This document shows positions 55,822 through 64,000 of a DNA stretch of 64,000 bases, in pieces. The translations under genes were made by a program, and so were the position numbers. Under the pieces are notes generated by a model. It ran no database searches and was not told where the DNA came from. It worked only from the letters and a program-made list of their open reading frames with translations. Source of the DNA: a bacterium (GTDB lineage Bacteria; RUG730); assembly GCA_031551405.1 (NCBI GenBank), contig JAVBNQ010000005.1, positions 99,992-163,991 of the forward strand, in the 5' to 3' direction. Position 1 is the first letter of the stretch, and each line of letters begins with the position of its first letter.

Positions 55822-57510
55822 TTATAAAACTTTTTTTTCGCACGGAATTTTATAATAGAATGCTAAAAATTCCACAATATCCTTAAAAGCCGGGCCACAC
55901 ACCTCGCCTCCCCAATAACCACCGCGAGGAGAATCCACAACAACCAAAATCGAAAATCGTGGATTATCGATCGGAAAAACTCCAGCCAAAGATGCAATAT
56001 AATCGGTATTTGAATATTTTCGCGTTCTCGGATCAATTTGTTGAGCAGTTCCGGTTTTCCCGCCAACTCTATATCCGCGCATTTTCACGAATTGCCCACT
56101 GCCTCGCGTTACAACTGCTTCCATACTTTTAAGCAAATCCTTACAAATATTTTCAGGCAAAATTTGTCTAACAAATCTAGGCTTTTGTTCTATCATTTTC
56201 CCGTCTTGTTCGATCGCTTTTATAATACGCGGCTCGAGCATGTTTCCATTATTTGCAATACTCGAATAGGCGCTTATGATTTGCAAGCAAGTCACTCCGA
56301 GCCCCTGTCCAAACGGGATAATGTACTGCGAAAGCCCAGACCAATTTTTTGTGTCTTTTAGCAAACCTTTTGCTTCGCCGGGTAATTCTATTCCGGTATA
56401 ACAATTAAATCCGAACTTTTTCAAATAATAGTACAATTTTTCTTTGCCAAGCATTTCACCAATTTTTGCCATTCCGATGTTACTGGAATTTACGAGTACA
56501 TCTTCAACTGTGATTTTATTATATTTTTGGCCATGATCTTTTATCGTGTGGTTGTAAATTTTAAATTTTCCGTTCTCGCAATCAATTTTGGTTTTTAAAG
56601 TTACAACATTTTCATTTAACGCTGCTCCAACAACCATAACCTTCAACGTCGAGCCTGGCTCAAAAACTTTGCTGATTGCGTTATTGCTGAGACTCGAAAT
56701 ATTTTTCTGCGTTTGATTCGGATTGAATCTAGGCGCATTCCCCATCGCTAGAATTTCTCCTGATTTTATATCCTGAACAATTATAGTGACAGTCAAAGCT
56801 TTACTTTTTTCCATAATTCTGTCTAAATTTTTCTCAATGTAAAGCTGTAAGTTCGAATCAATTGTCAAATAAATATTTTCGGCTTTGTAATTTTCAATTT
56901 CTAAAATCTTTTCTTGCCCAATATCTCGCCCTTTCGCATCTCTTTCATTATAAATTTTGATTACGCTGCCTTCCAAAATCTTTTCTTTGCTGAACTCAAT
57001 CCCGCTTAGTCCTCTATTGTCGAGACCAGTGTAACCGAGAGTATGACAAAGTATTTCGTTCGACGGATAAAATCTTTTTTCTTCCTTTATCCTCGCAATT
57101 CCTGTCGGTAATTTTTCTGCCATTTTATTTGAATCAAATTTACGTTTTAACCAGAAAAATCCTCGATGTTTTTGCAAGTCCTTCAAAAATTCATTTCTAT
57201 CAAAACCCAAGAATTCTTCTGTAAAATTTGCGGCCTCTATAGTATTTTTGATTTGTTTTGGGAAGCAAAAGTAGGAATATTTTAGGCTGGAAAATGCTAG
57301 AATTTCGCCATTTCGATCGTAAATATTACCACGCAAATGACGAACTTCCTCAGGTTTTAAGATCTGTTTTTTCAAAAAATTTCTGTAAGAAAAACTTTTT
57401 ATAGTCTGTATATAAAAAATACGTAAAAATAATACTGAGAATATAAAAATAATTAAAACTGCAAAAGCATTGATTTTCCAACGCATATTTGCTTGATATT
57501 CGCGATGCAT
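55822..57510 (-). CDS. Class B penicillin-binding protein (FtsI/PBP2-type D,D-transpeptidase)
   Basis: 562 aa with an N-terminal TM, the PBP dimerisation domain (RGNIYDRNGEILA) and transpeptidase motifs STLK, SSN and KTGTA. Confidence 0.9.
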   Translation of the reverse strand: MHREYQANMRWKINAFAVLIIFIFSVLFLRIFYIQTIKSFSYRNFLKKQILKPEEVRHLRGNIYDRNGEILAFSSLKYSYFCFPKQIKNTIEAANFTEEFLGFDRNEFLKDLQKHRGFFWLKRKFDSNKMAEKLPTGIARIKEEKRFYPSNEILCHTLGYTGLDNRGLSGIEFSKEKILEGSVIKIYNERDAKGRDIGQEKILEIENYKAENIYLTIDSNLQLYIEKNLDRIMEKSKALTVTIIVQDIKSGEILAMGNAPRFNPNQTQKNISSLSNNAISKVFEPGSTLKVMVVGAALNENVVTLKTKIDCENGKFKIYNHTIKDHGQKYNKITVEDVLVNSSNIGMAKIGEMLGKEKLYYYLKKFGFNCYTGIELPGEAKGLLKDTKNWSGLSQYIIPFGQGLGVTCLQIISAYSSIANNGNMLEPRIIKAIEQDGKMIEQKPRFVRQILPENICKDLLKSMEAVVTRGSGQFVKMRGYRVGGKTGTAQQIDPRTRKYSNTDYIASLAGVFPIDNPRFSILVVVDSPRGGYWGGEVCGPAFKDIVEFLAFYYKIPCEKKVL

Positions 57511-57979
57511 AGACGCTAGCCTTTTAATTTATTGAATTTTTATTAGAAACTAATTCAGGATATAATTTTTATTTCTCAATACTGAAAAACAAAAAAATCG
57601 GTTTAAAATTTCAGAAGTTTATATTTTTTTGCTTTTTCAAAACTTTTTTATTTTTCGGTCCTCACGATGAGCTTTTCATTTTCCACGTGCGCGGTGTTCT
57701 TTTTTTTCGAAAAACCAACTCCAAAGCCGTAGGTTTTTCGAGCTTTTCCTAGGCTTTTCCTCGCAAAACTCGCTTCACTCCGTTTCGCTCATACAGTTGC
57801 GAGCAAGGTTTTCTTATTTAATCCCCGCCTAATTTTTTTGTTCCTTCCTAAAGTCCTCTCGCCCAGCTTTTAAATTCTTTCTAAACGTTTTTCTTTTAAT
57901 TCTTGTTTAAATTCTATCAATCTCGTGAGCTTTTTTAGTTCTTTTTATGGGTTTTTCTTTTTTTTCTATTTTTAAATGT

Positions 57980-58116
57980 CTGCATAGCGAAGAGAAGATG
58001 GAAAAAATTGATAAAATCGTTTGCAATTTCTAACTGTTTGAGCCCTCACTTGTGAGCGGCGAGTTTTAGAAATTTAGATTTTTGATAATTTTTTCCCTAT
58101 CTCTGAAGTACAGCAG
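57980..58116. repeat. M3 module copy 2: ~137-nt imperfect palindrome
   Basis: Same arms and the same central CTCACTTGTGAGCGGCGAG as 31529-31664, with a few substitutions and 1-nt indels. Confidence 0.8.
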
Positions 58117-58150
58117 ACTAGCCTTTTTTGTTTCTTTTTTGGGCAATATC

Positions 58151-58328
58151 AAAAAAGAAAATAAAGATTTGACCAAACTTTTGTTTTTCGAAATCCGCAC
58201 GCTTTGCCGGGAGATGGAATTTTTTAGCTTTATTTTTCTAAAATTTTTATAAAGTTTTATCTCGCTGCCAAAAAAGAAAATAAAGATTTGACCAAACTTT
58301 TGTTTTTTGAAATCCGCAGGCTTTGCCG
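58151..58328. repeat. M4 tandem repeat, ~119-bp unit x 1.5
   Basis: Units 58151-58269 and 58270-58328 share the AAAAAAGAAAATAAAGATTTGACCAAACTTTTGTTTTT(C/T)GAAATCCGCA(C/G)GCTTTGCCG core with the locus B units. Confidence 0.9.
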
Positions 58329-58483
58329 TAATTGGAAACTTTAAGTTTTTGTTTTGGTTTCATCTCTACAAATTGCGATGCAATTCATCATGGAGGAAAA
58401 TGAGAAAACTTAGATAAATATATTTTCGTTTGTTGCCTAGAAATATTATTTTTCCATCTCAAAACATAAAAATCAAAATGTCT

Positions 58484-59338
58484 TTAAAAAACTATAGTTT
58501 TATTATTGTGGACCAAAATTTTATTCGACAAATGCAATTTTACAGCTTTTGACAAAACCGATTTTTCCAAATCTCGCCCTTTTTGCACCAAATCCGATTC
58601 ACTATCATTATGCTTAATATGAATCACGTCTTGTGAAATTATCGGACCGTCATCCAATAAATTTGAAGCATAATGACTGGTAGCACCAATGAGTTTTACC
58701 CCACGTTCAAAAGCCTGATGATACGGATTTGCGCCCATAAAAGCCGGCAAAAACGAATGATGAATATTAATAATAGAATGTTTAAATTCTGTCAAAAATT
58801 CCATTGAAAGAACCTGCATATATCTCGCTAAAACCACCAACTCAATCTCATATTTTTTCAAAAGTTCAAGTTCCATTTTTTCCTGCTCTTTCTTATTTTC
58901 TTTTGTTATCGGAAAATAGAAAAACTCGAGATTATGTAATTTTGCGACATACTCCAAATCTAAATGATTGCTTACGATAAACTTAATATTCCCATTAATT
59001 TCATCCATCTCTTTCCGTAAAATCAAATCTATCAAACAATGATTATATTTTGACACAAAAATCGCGATATTTTTCCTATCAGATGAAAAATTTATAGAAA
59101 AATTCATGTTAAATTTTCTCGCAATCACTTCTTCAAACCGTGCTGATATTGCAGATCGCGAAATTTTAAAATTTTCCAAATCCCACTCGAGTCGCATAAA
59201 AAAAGTATTGGTAATTGGGTCAGAACATTGATCAGAATTCAAAATATTGCCGCCATTTTTGAAAATAAAATCCGAAATATTGGCGATGATTCCTTTTTGA
59301 TCGGAACATGAAAGCAATAAAATAGCACTATTTTTCAA
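58484..59338 (-). CDS. purU: Formyltetrahydrofolate deformylase
   Basis: 284 aa with an N-terminal ACT domain (LLLSCSDQKGIIANIS) and a formyl-transferase domain (..VLARYMQVLS..INIHHSFLPAF.GA.PY). Confidence 0.9.
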   Translation of the reverse strand: MKNSAILLLSCSDQKGIIANISDFIFKNGGNILNSDQCSDPITNTFFMRLEWDLENFKISRSAISARFEEVIARKFNMNFSINFSSDRKNIAIFVSKYNHCLIDLILRKEMDEINGNIKFIVSNHLDLEYVAKLHNLEFFYFPITKENKKEQEKMELELLKKYEIELVVLARYMQVLSMEFLTEFKHSIINIHHSFLPAFMGANPYHQAFERGVKLIGATSHYASNLLDDGPIISQDVIHIKHNDSESDLVQKGRDLEKSVLSKAVKLHLSNKILVHNNKTIVF

Positions 59339-59355
59339 CTTTTTCCCTCGTCAAT

Positions 59356-60093
59356 TTAAGATTTTACAGCTAAAAACGATACAAAATTAAAAGCCTGCTG
59401 TATTGTAACGACCGACGTAAAGCCAATTTTTCTAAGCCTCTCAAAATGTTCTTTCTCAGTTTCCCGAATCAAAACGTCTTCGAGCGCTGTTTTCTTTTGA
59501 CTGATTTCAAGATCGGAGTAGCCGTTATTTTTTTTAAAAGCATGATACAAATCCGTCAATAAATTTTCTTCTTGCTCATTCTCAAATTTCAATTTTTCCG
59601 ATAAAATTAATGCACCATTTTTATTCAATCCTTTAAAGATTTTTTGCAAAAGCTCAAAACGCAAATTCACGTCTACAAACTGCAAAGTAAAATTCAAAAT
59701 CACAAAGCTCGCGTTCTCGAAACTCAAGTCATTAATATCTTTTGTCAAAAATTCAATGTTCTGATTTGGCATAAACTCCAAATTTCTGTAATTTTCTTTT
59801 GCTTTTTCAATCATGGCTTGCGAATTGTCGACTGCGAAAATCGTAAAATTTTTGTCCGGATTATTTTTTAGAACAAAAAAACTCGATGCGCCCAAAGAAC
59901 AACCAAGATCATAAACATTCGTCTCATTTTTGACGATATCCTTTGAAATTTGTCCGATTATTTTCAAAACGAAATCATAATTTGGAATTGAACGATTCAG
60001 CATATTTTCAAAAACATTCGCGACTTTTTCATCAAAAACAAATTTTCCTACATTTTTGAACTTATTTTTGTATAACTCGTCAATATTCTGCAT
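59356..60093 (-). CDS. cmoA: Carboxy-S-adenosyl-L-methionine synthase
   Basis: 245 aa, collinear with E. coli CmoA (FDEKVANVFENMLNRSIPNYD.., VYDLGCSLGA, AVDNSQAMIEK, VILNFTLQF, NGYSDLEISQKKTALEDV). Confidence 0.85.
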   Translation of the reverse strand: MQNIDELYKNKFKNVGKFVFDEKVANVFENMLNRSIPNYDFVLKIIGQISKDIVKNETNVYDLGCSLGASSFFVLKNNPDKNFTIFAVDNSQAMIEKAKENYRNLEFMPNQNIEFLTKDINDLSFENASFVILNFTLQFVDVNLRFELLQKIFKGLNKNGALILSEKLKFENEQEENLLTDLYHAFKKNNGYSDLEISQKKTALEDVLIRETEKEHFERLRKIGFTSVVTIQQAFNFVSFLAVKS

Positions 60094-60103
60094 TTTTAAA
60101 ACT

Positions 60104-61225
60104 CTATTCGTTATAAATTTCCAAAAATCTTTTAAGCGTCAACTCCAAACTAAATTTTTCTTCCACGGTTTTTCGTCCACTCTCGCAAATTTTTTTTCGT
60201 TTGTTTTCATCAAAAATTAATTCCAAAATCCCGTCGGCCAAATCATGTGGATTATTCGGCTTCACGATTCCATTTTCCCCGTCTGTAATAATCTCCAAAA
60301 AAGCCCCGGTATTATAAACGATCGTAGCAGTTCCACTCGCCATCGCCTCTATCACAACCAACCCAAAAGCCTCTTTTTTTGACGGAAAAACCGCAATATC
60401 CAAAGACTTCATTACTTGAGCAATGTCGCTCCTGAAACCTGTAAACACAAAATATTGCTCAACTCCAAATTTTAATGTTAGACTTTTCAAGTACATTTCG
60501 TAATTTATGCCACTACCTTTTTCGCTGCTGCCGACGATAAAAAATTTAATCTTTTGCAAAAATTCCGGCTTCTTTTCCTCGAGAGAATCCAATGTTTTTT
60601 TCGCTGCAATCACAAAATCTTCCTGACCTTTGCCATCATCTATTCTCCCGACTATACCAATTAAAAGACTGTCTTTATCTAAATCATAATCTTTCTTTAA
60701 CACATTTTCCGTCTTAACGCAGTCAAATTTGTTCAAATTAGTTCCGATATAAACTGTTTCTATTTTTTCTTTTTTTAGTTTTGTCTGCTCTAAAAAATCG
60801 TTTTTTATAAAGTCCGAAACAGCCATAACTTTATTTAAAGCGTTGAAAAGTTTTGTACGCAAAAAATCCTTCATTGAAACGGATTGCATACACCTAAGCA
60901 AAAATATCTTGGTTTTTGGCGAGAAAAGTTTTACGGCAGGCACAACTAACCAAATGTCAGAAATAAAGTAAATATGTACAATTTCAGGCTTAAATTCACG
61001 TAAAATTTTACCGATTCGAAAGATCGAAACCAAATCTACGTATTTTTGCATTCGCAGCGAATAAATTGGTATTTTCTGTTTTCTTGCTTCTTTTTCGAGC
61101 CAAGTGCCAGGTTTTACAATAAGTCTCACATCGCAGTCTTTACTTCGCAAACCTTCGGAAAGCGTCAAAACTTGCATTTCGCGTCCACCGATTCCGCCCG
61201 ACGAGCTTATATTCAAAATTTTCAT
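60104..61225 (-). CDS. GT4-family (GT-B fold) glycosyltransferase
   Basis: 373 aa with a C-terminal EAFGLVVIEAMASGTATIV......EII..GENG (E-x7-E) motif. Confidence 0.8.
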   Translation of the reverse strand: MKILNISSSGGIGGREMQVLTLSEGLRSKDCDVRLIVKPGTWLEKEARKQKIPIYSLRMQKYVDLVSIFRIGKILREFKPEIVHIYFISDIWLVVPAVKLFSPKTKIFLLRCMQSVSMKDFLRTKLFNALNKVMAVSDFIKNDFLEQTKLKKEKIETVYIGTNLNKFDCVKTENVLKKDYDLDKDSLLIGIVGRIDDGKGQEDFVIAAKKTLDSLEEKKPEFLQKIKFFIVGSSEKGSGINYEMYLKSLTLKFGVEQYFVFTGFRSDIAQVMKSLDIAVFPSKKEAFGLVVIEAMASGTATIVYNTGAFLEIITDGENGIVKPNNPHDLADGILELIFDENKRKKICESGRKTVEEKFSLELTLKRFLEIYNE

Positions 61226-61228
61226 AAC

Positions 61229-62350
61229 TTAATTTCCAGCCTCATTCAATATTTTTTCCCAATCTTTAACGTGAATGTCATAATTTTTCGATTTCAAAAA
61301 TTCTATCATTTCGCACAAATTTCTGTTATCGATTACTTCAAACTGTTCGAGCTCAGTCTCTTTTGCATCAAAATATCCGCCCGGTCTAGTCTTTGATTCA
61401 ACGCTCAAATTTGTAATGCAAATATCTGCAAGACCATCTCGAAATTCCGGTGTTTCGCGAGTCGAAAGCGAAATCGTGATATCCGGAAAAGCAATTCTAA
61501 AAATCATAAGTATCCTCGCGAACAATTCGTCCGGCACTTTAAATCTTGAAATGTCCGCGCCTTTAGCCGAAGTCATTCGAGGGATAGAAATCCCAATTTC
61601 CGCATTCCAAAAATTCTGACGAATAAATTTCAAGTGCTCGAACATTGCCAAAGCCTCGAATCTCGCGTCAAAAAGTCCGGCTAAAAATCCAAAACTTACT
61701 TTTTTAAAACCGGCCTTCAAAGCTCTTTCCTGAGACGCCAGCCTGTAAAAATAATCTTTTTTTAGACCGCCCAAATGAACTTTTTCGTAAGTTTTTTCGT
61801 GATAAGTTTCCTGATAAAGCACAAAACTTTCTGAACCGGCAGTGGCGAGCTTTTTCGCAAATTCTTCGCTCGCAGAACCGAGTTCATTTGCAATCGAGTG
61901 AAAGCCAATTTTTTTCGCAATTTTTATCGCGTTTTCAAGATAATCGATATTTTTGAAATTTTCCAATTCTCCGGATACCAAAAGGATATTTCGGAAGCCT
62001 TTTTCAAAAATAAGCCTTAATTCTTGTTCGATTTCTTTTTCTGTAAGGGTAATTCGTTGGATTTGATTTTCTCGTCGGAAGCCGCAGTAAACGCAGGAAT
62101 TGCTGCACTCATTCGACAGATAAAGCGGTATGTACAAGCCTTTTGTTCTTCCAAAACGATTTAGCGTCGTGAGCTTCGATTTTTCTGCTAATTTTTCAAA
62201 CGCTTCAACCGAAATTTCGGTCAGAATTAATTTTGCAAAATCATCAAAAGAAATATTTTGGTTTTCAGAATTTAAAACTTCTAAAAAATCTTGTTCAGTA
62301 AATTTATTTTCTAAAACTTCAAAAATTTTTGATGCTTCGAGTTTAAACAT
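61229..62350 (-). CDS. thiH: 2-iminoacetate synthase (radical SAM, thiazole biosynthesis)
   Basis: 373 aa with the radical-SAM cluster motif YLSNECSNSCVYCGF. Its length and its position directly downstream of thiG fit ThiH. Confidence 0.8.
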   Translation of the reverse strand: MFKLEASKIFEVLENKFTEQDFLEVLNSENQNISFDDFAKLILTEISVEAFEKLAEKSKLTTLNRFGRTKGLYIPLYLSNECSNSCVYCGFRRENQIQRITLTEKEIEQELRLIFEKGFRNILLVSGELENFKNIDYLENAIKIAKKIGFHSIANELGSASEEFAKKLATAGSESFVLYQETYHEKTYEKVHLGGLKKDYFYRLASQERALKAGFKKVSFGFLAGLFDARFEALAMFEHLKFIRQNFWNAEIGISIPRMTSAKGADISRFKVPDELFARILMIFRIAFPDITISLSTRETPEFRDGLADICITNLSVESKTRPGGYFDAKETELEQFEVIDNRNLCEMIEFLKSKNYDIHVKDWEKILNEAGN

Positions 62351-62352
62351 TT

Positions 62353-63114
62353 TTATCTCAAAAACCCAGTCAAAGGACTTGAAGCGCTGGCTTTATCTAG
62401 CTTTTTTCCGAGCCCAGATTCATAGGCCAGTCGACCGGCTTCAGTCGCGATTTTGAACGCTCGCGCCATTTTGACAGAATCTTTGGCAACAGCAATCGCA
62501 GTATTTACCAAAACAGAGCTCGCTCCTAATTCGAGACATAAACTAGCGTCAGAAGGCGCTCCAATTCCGGCGTCTATCACGACCGGGATTTTGCTCATTT
62601 CAATTATGATTTTCAACATTTCGATAGTTTTGAGACCACGGTTTGAACCGATCGGTGACGCAAGCGGCATTACTGCTTTCACCCCAACGTCCTCAAGCCT
62701 CTTCGCTAAAACAGGGTCAGCTCCAATATACGGCAAAACCGCAAAATCTTCTCTCGCCAAAATCTCGCCGGCTTTTAATGTTTCGATCGGGTCAGGCAGC
62801 AAATAAACATTATCCGATATGACCTCGAGCTTCACCCAATTTGTTCCCAAAAGCTCGCGAGACAGCCTGGCAATTCTGACGGCTTCGTCAGCAGTCCTGG
62901 CTCCGGACGTATTCGGCAAAAGTTGAATGTTCTTTGGAATAAAATCAACAATATTTCTTTGTATCGCATTTTCAAAATCAACCCGACGCAAAGCAACTGT
63001 AACCATTTCTGTTCCGGACTCTTGAATTGCTTGGTTCATTATTTCATTCGACGGATATTTGCCGGTCCCCAAAAAAAGCCGACTTTTAAATTCTTTATCG
63101 TGAATTTTTAACAT
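62353..63114 (-). CDS. thiG: Thiazole synthase
   Basis: 253 aa with [15 protein letters not shown]...LLPD and ..[12 protein letters not shown].. motifs. Confidence 0.9.
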   Translation of the reverse strand: MLKIHDKEFKSRLFLGTGKYPSNEIMNQAIQESGTEMVTVALRRVDFENAIQRNIVDFIPKNIQLLPNTSGARTADEAVRIARLSRELLGTNWVKLEVISDNVYLLPDPIETLKAGEILAREDFAVLPYIGADPVLAKRLEDVGVKAVMPLASPIGSNRGLKTIEMLKIIIEMSKIPVVIDAGIGAPSDASLCLELGASSVLVNTAIAVAKDSVKMARAFKIATEAGRLAYESGLGKKLDKASASSPLTGFLR

Positions 63115-63133
63115 TTTTTCCCTAAATCTCTTC

Positions 63134-64000
63134 TTATCTCAAAATAGCAAATTTTTCGAGTTTTTTATCATCTTTGTATTTTATCAACGCAACGTAAACT
63201 CCGCTAGCGGCTTTATTATTTTTTGAATCCATTCCGTCCCAAAGTAAAACGTTTCCGCTCACTTCCATTATAAAATTTCGAGCATCTAATTTTTTTATAC
63301 TTTTGCCTGAAATATCAAAAATTTCTACGGTGATATTTGAATAATCAAGAGGCAATTTACCAAATTTTACAGCTCTGAACTTATCAAAATAAAATGGATT
63401 TGGATAAACTTTTATGTCTTTTACAGCGTCGCTAAAATTAGTTTGCAAAAGCCCGTAAGTTGAAAAATGCGTCAAGTTTATGCTCACAGTTTTATTTTGC
63501 AAATTAAACTCAGGAATTCCAAAACCTTGCCATTCAATCAAATCTTCGTTCAAATAAAAAATAGACAAACTCTGAGGCTTTACAGTCGCGTCTTCTCTGT
63601 AATGCATTGTCAATTTTATATTTTTATCGAAACTGGCAATATCCTGCCCGGTTTGGCTCGTAGCTTTTAGCTTCACAAAAATACCATTATTAATTGCAAA
63701 TTCTCGCAATTTCAAGTCTGGAATTTTTCCATTTGCTATTTTGATTAGCTCGAGAAAATCTTTCAAATATTCAATCTCAAGACTCACGTCTTCTTTAAAT
63801 GTAAATGCCGGAATTACGAGATCAAAACCTTTTTTCGTGGTGATAGCATAATCTTTTTTGTAATTTATAAGGAAAATTTCAACGTCCGGTATTGCTCCGA
63901 GATCAATATATAGGCCTTTTGTTCTAGCTAAACTCGACCTGACGCCATTTGTGTCTTCTGCAATTACGTAGACATAGTATGTTGTTTTATCTTGTAAACT
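63134..64000 (-). CDS. 3' part of a larger secreted protein with a FlgD-Ig/T9SS-type C-terminal sorting-like domain (5' end outside the window)
   Basis: The frame stays open upstream of the track's GTG (63787) to the window edge; my manual translation gives ..[28 protein letters not shown]... The C-terminal about 90 aa ([10 protein letters not shown]....[16 protein letters not shown]......[21 protein letters not shown]) resemble Por/T9SS CTD or FlgD Ig-like domains. Confidence 0.6.
   Translation of the reverse strand, partial: SLQDKTTYYVYVIAEDTNGVRSSLARTKGLYIDLGAIPDVEIFLINYKKDYAITTKKGFDLVIPAFTFKEDVSLEIEYLKDFLELIKIANGKIPDLKLREFAINNGIFVKLKATSQTGQDIASFDKNIKLTMHYREDATVKPQSLSIFYLNEDLIEWQGFGIPEFNLQNKTVSINLTHFSTYGLLQTNFSDAVKDIKVYPNPFYFDKFRAVKFGKLPLDYSNITVEIFDISGKSIKKLDARNFIMEVSGNVLLWDGMDSKNNKAASGVYVALIKYKDDKKLEKFAILR

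Larger units (their letters stand above)
57639..58328. repeat. Mosaic intergenic repeat locus C (M1, variant M2, M3, 1.5 x M4)
   Basis: M1 57639-57832 matches 12664-12859. M3 57980-58116 matches 31529-31664. M4 units are 58151-58269 and 58270-58328. The purU-PBP spacer (57511-58483) has no ORF of 60 aa or more. Confidence 0.9.

Noticed and set aside
57660-57700. GTGCG within M1 (CCACGTGCGCGG) as a group II intron 5' end
   Set aside because: No domain V/VI-like sequence, no intron-encoded RT, and the GC-poor modular content does not fit intron architecture.

Overview
This is a strongly AT-rich (about one-third G+C by eye), very tightly packed bacterial chromosome segment. The gene content points to a diderm, probably anaerobic, small-genome organism: BamA, a TonB-dependent receptor, a porin-like barrel, V-type ATPase genes, pyruvate phosphate dikinase, ferredoxin and a two-subunit class I fumarase. 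The lineage cannot be assigned from sequence alone; Elusimicrobia/Endomicrobia-like is only a guess. I can support about 62 mostly housekeeping CDSs, many abutting or overlapping by 1-70 nt. These include rpmH, which is missing from the ORF track. I can also support 5 tRNAs (Leu-UAA, Thr-CGU, Thr-UGU, Lys-CUU, Arg-UCG), a cobalamin riboswitch in front of a btuC/btuD/btuB-like operon, and a few sigma70-like promoters and intrinsic terminators. No transposase, integrase, cas, RT or recognisable defence gene is present. The most unusual signal is non-coding. Three gene-free loci (12562-13027, 31303-32284, 57639-58328) are built from the same set of highly similar modules, all in the same orientation. 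The modules are an X box, a ~145-200 nt M1 core with conserved stems, M2, a ~136-nt imperfect palindrome M3, and a ~118-bp unit present in 0, 2 or 3 tandem copies. Two of these loci form the 5' flanks of the only two penicillin-binding protein genes in the window. Secondary oddities are listed below.
- An endonuclease III-RibD reductase domain fusion.
- A V-ATPase cluster (K-E-C-F-A) with no B, D or I gene.
- A short UvrC.
- A 5'-nucleotidase homologue with all metal ligands replaced.
- An FtsE-FtsX-EnvC module with a degenerate LytM domain.
- A C14 homopolymer tract.
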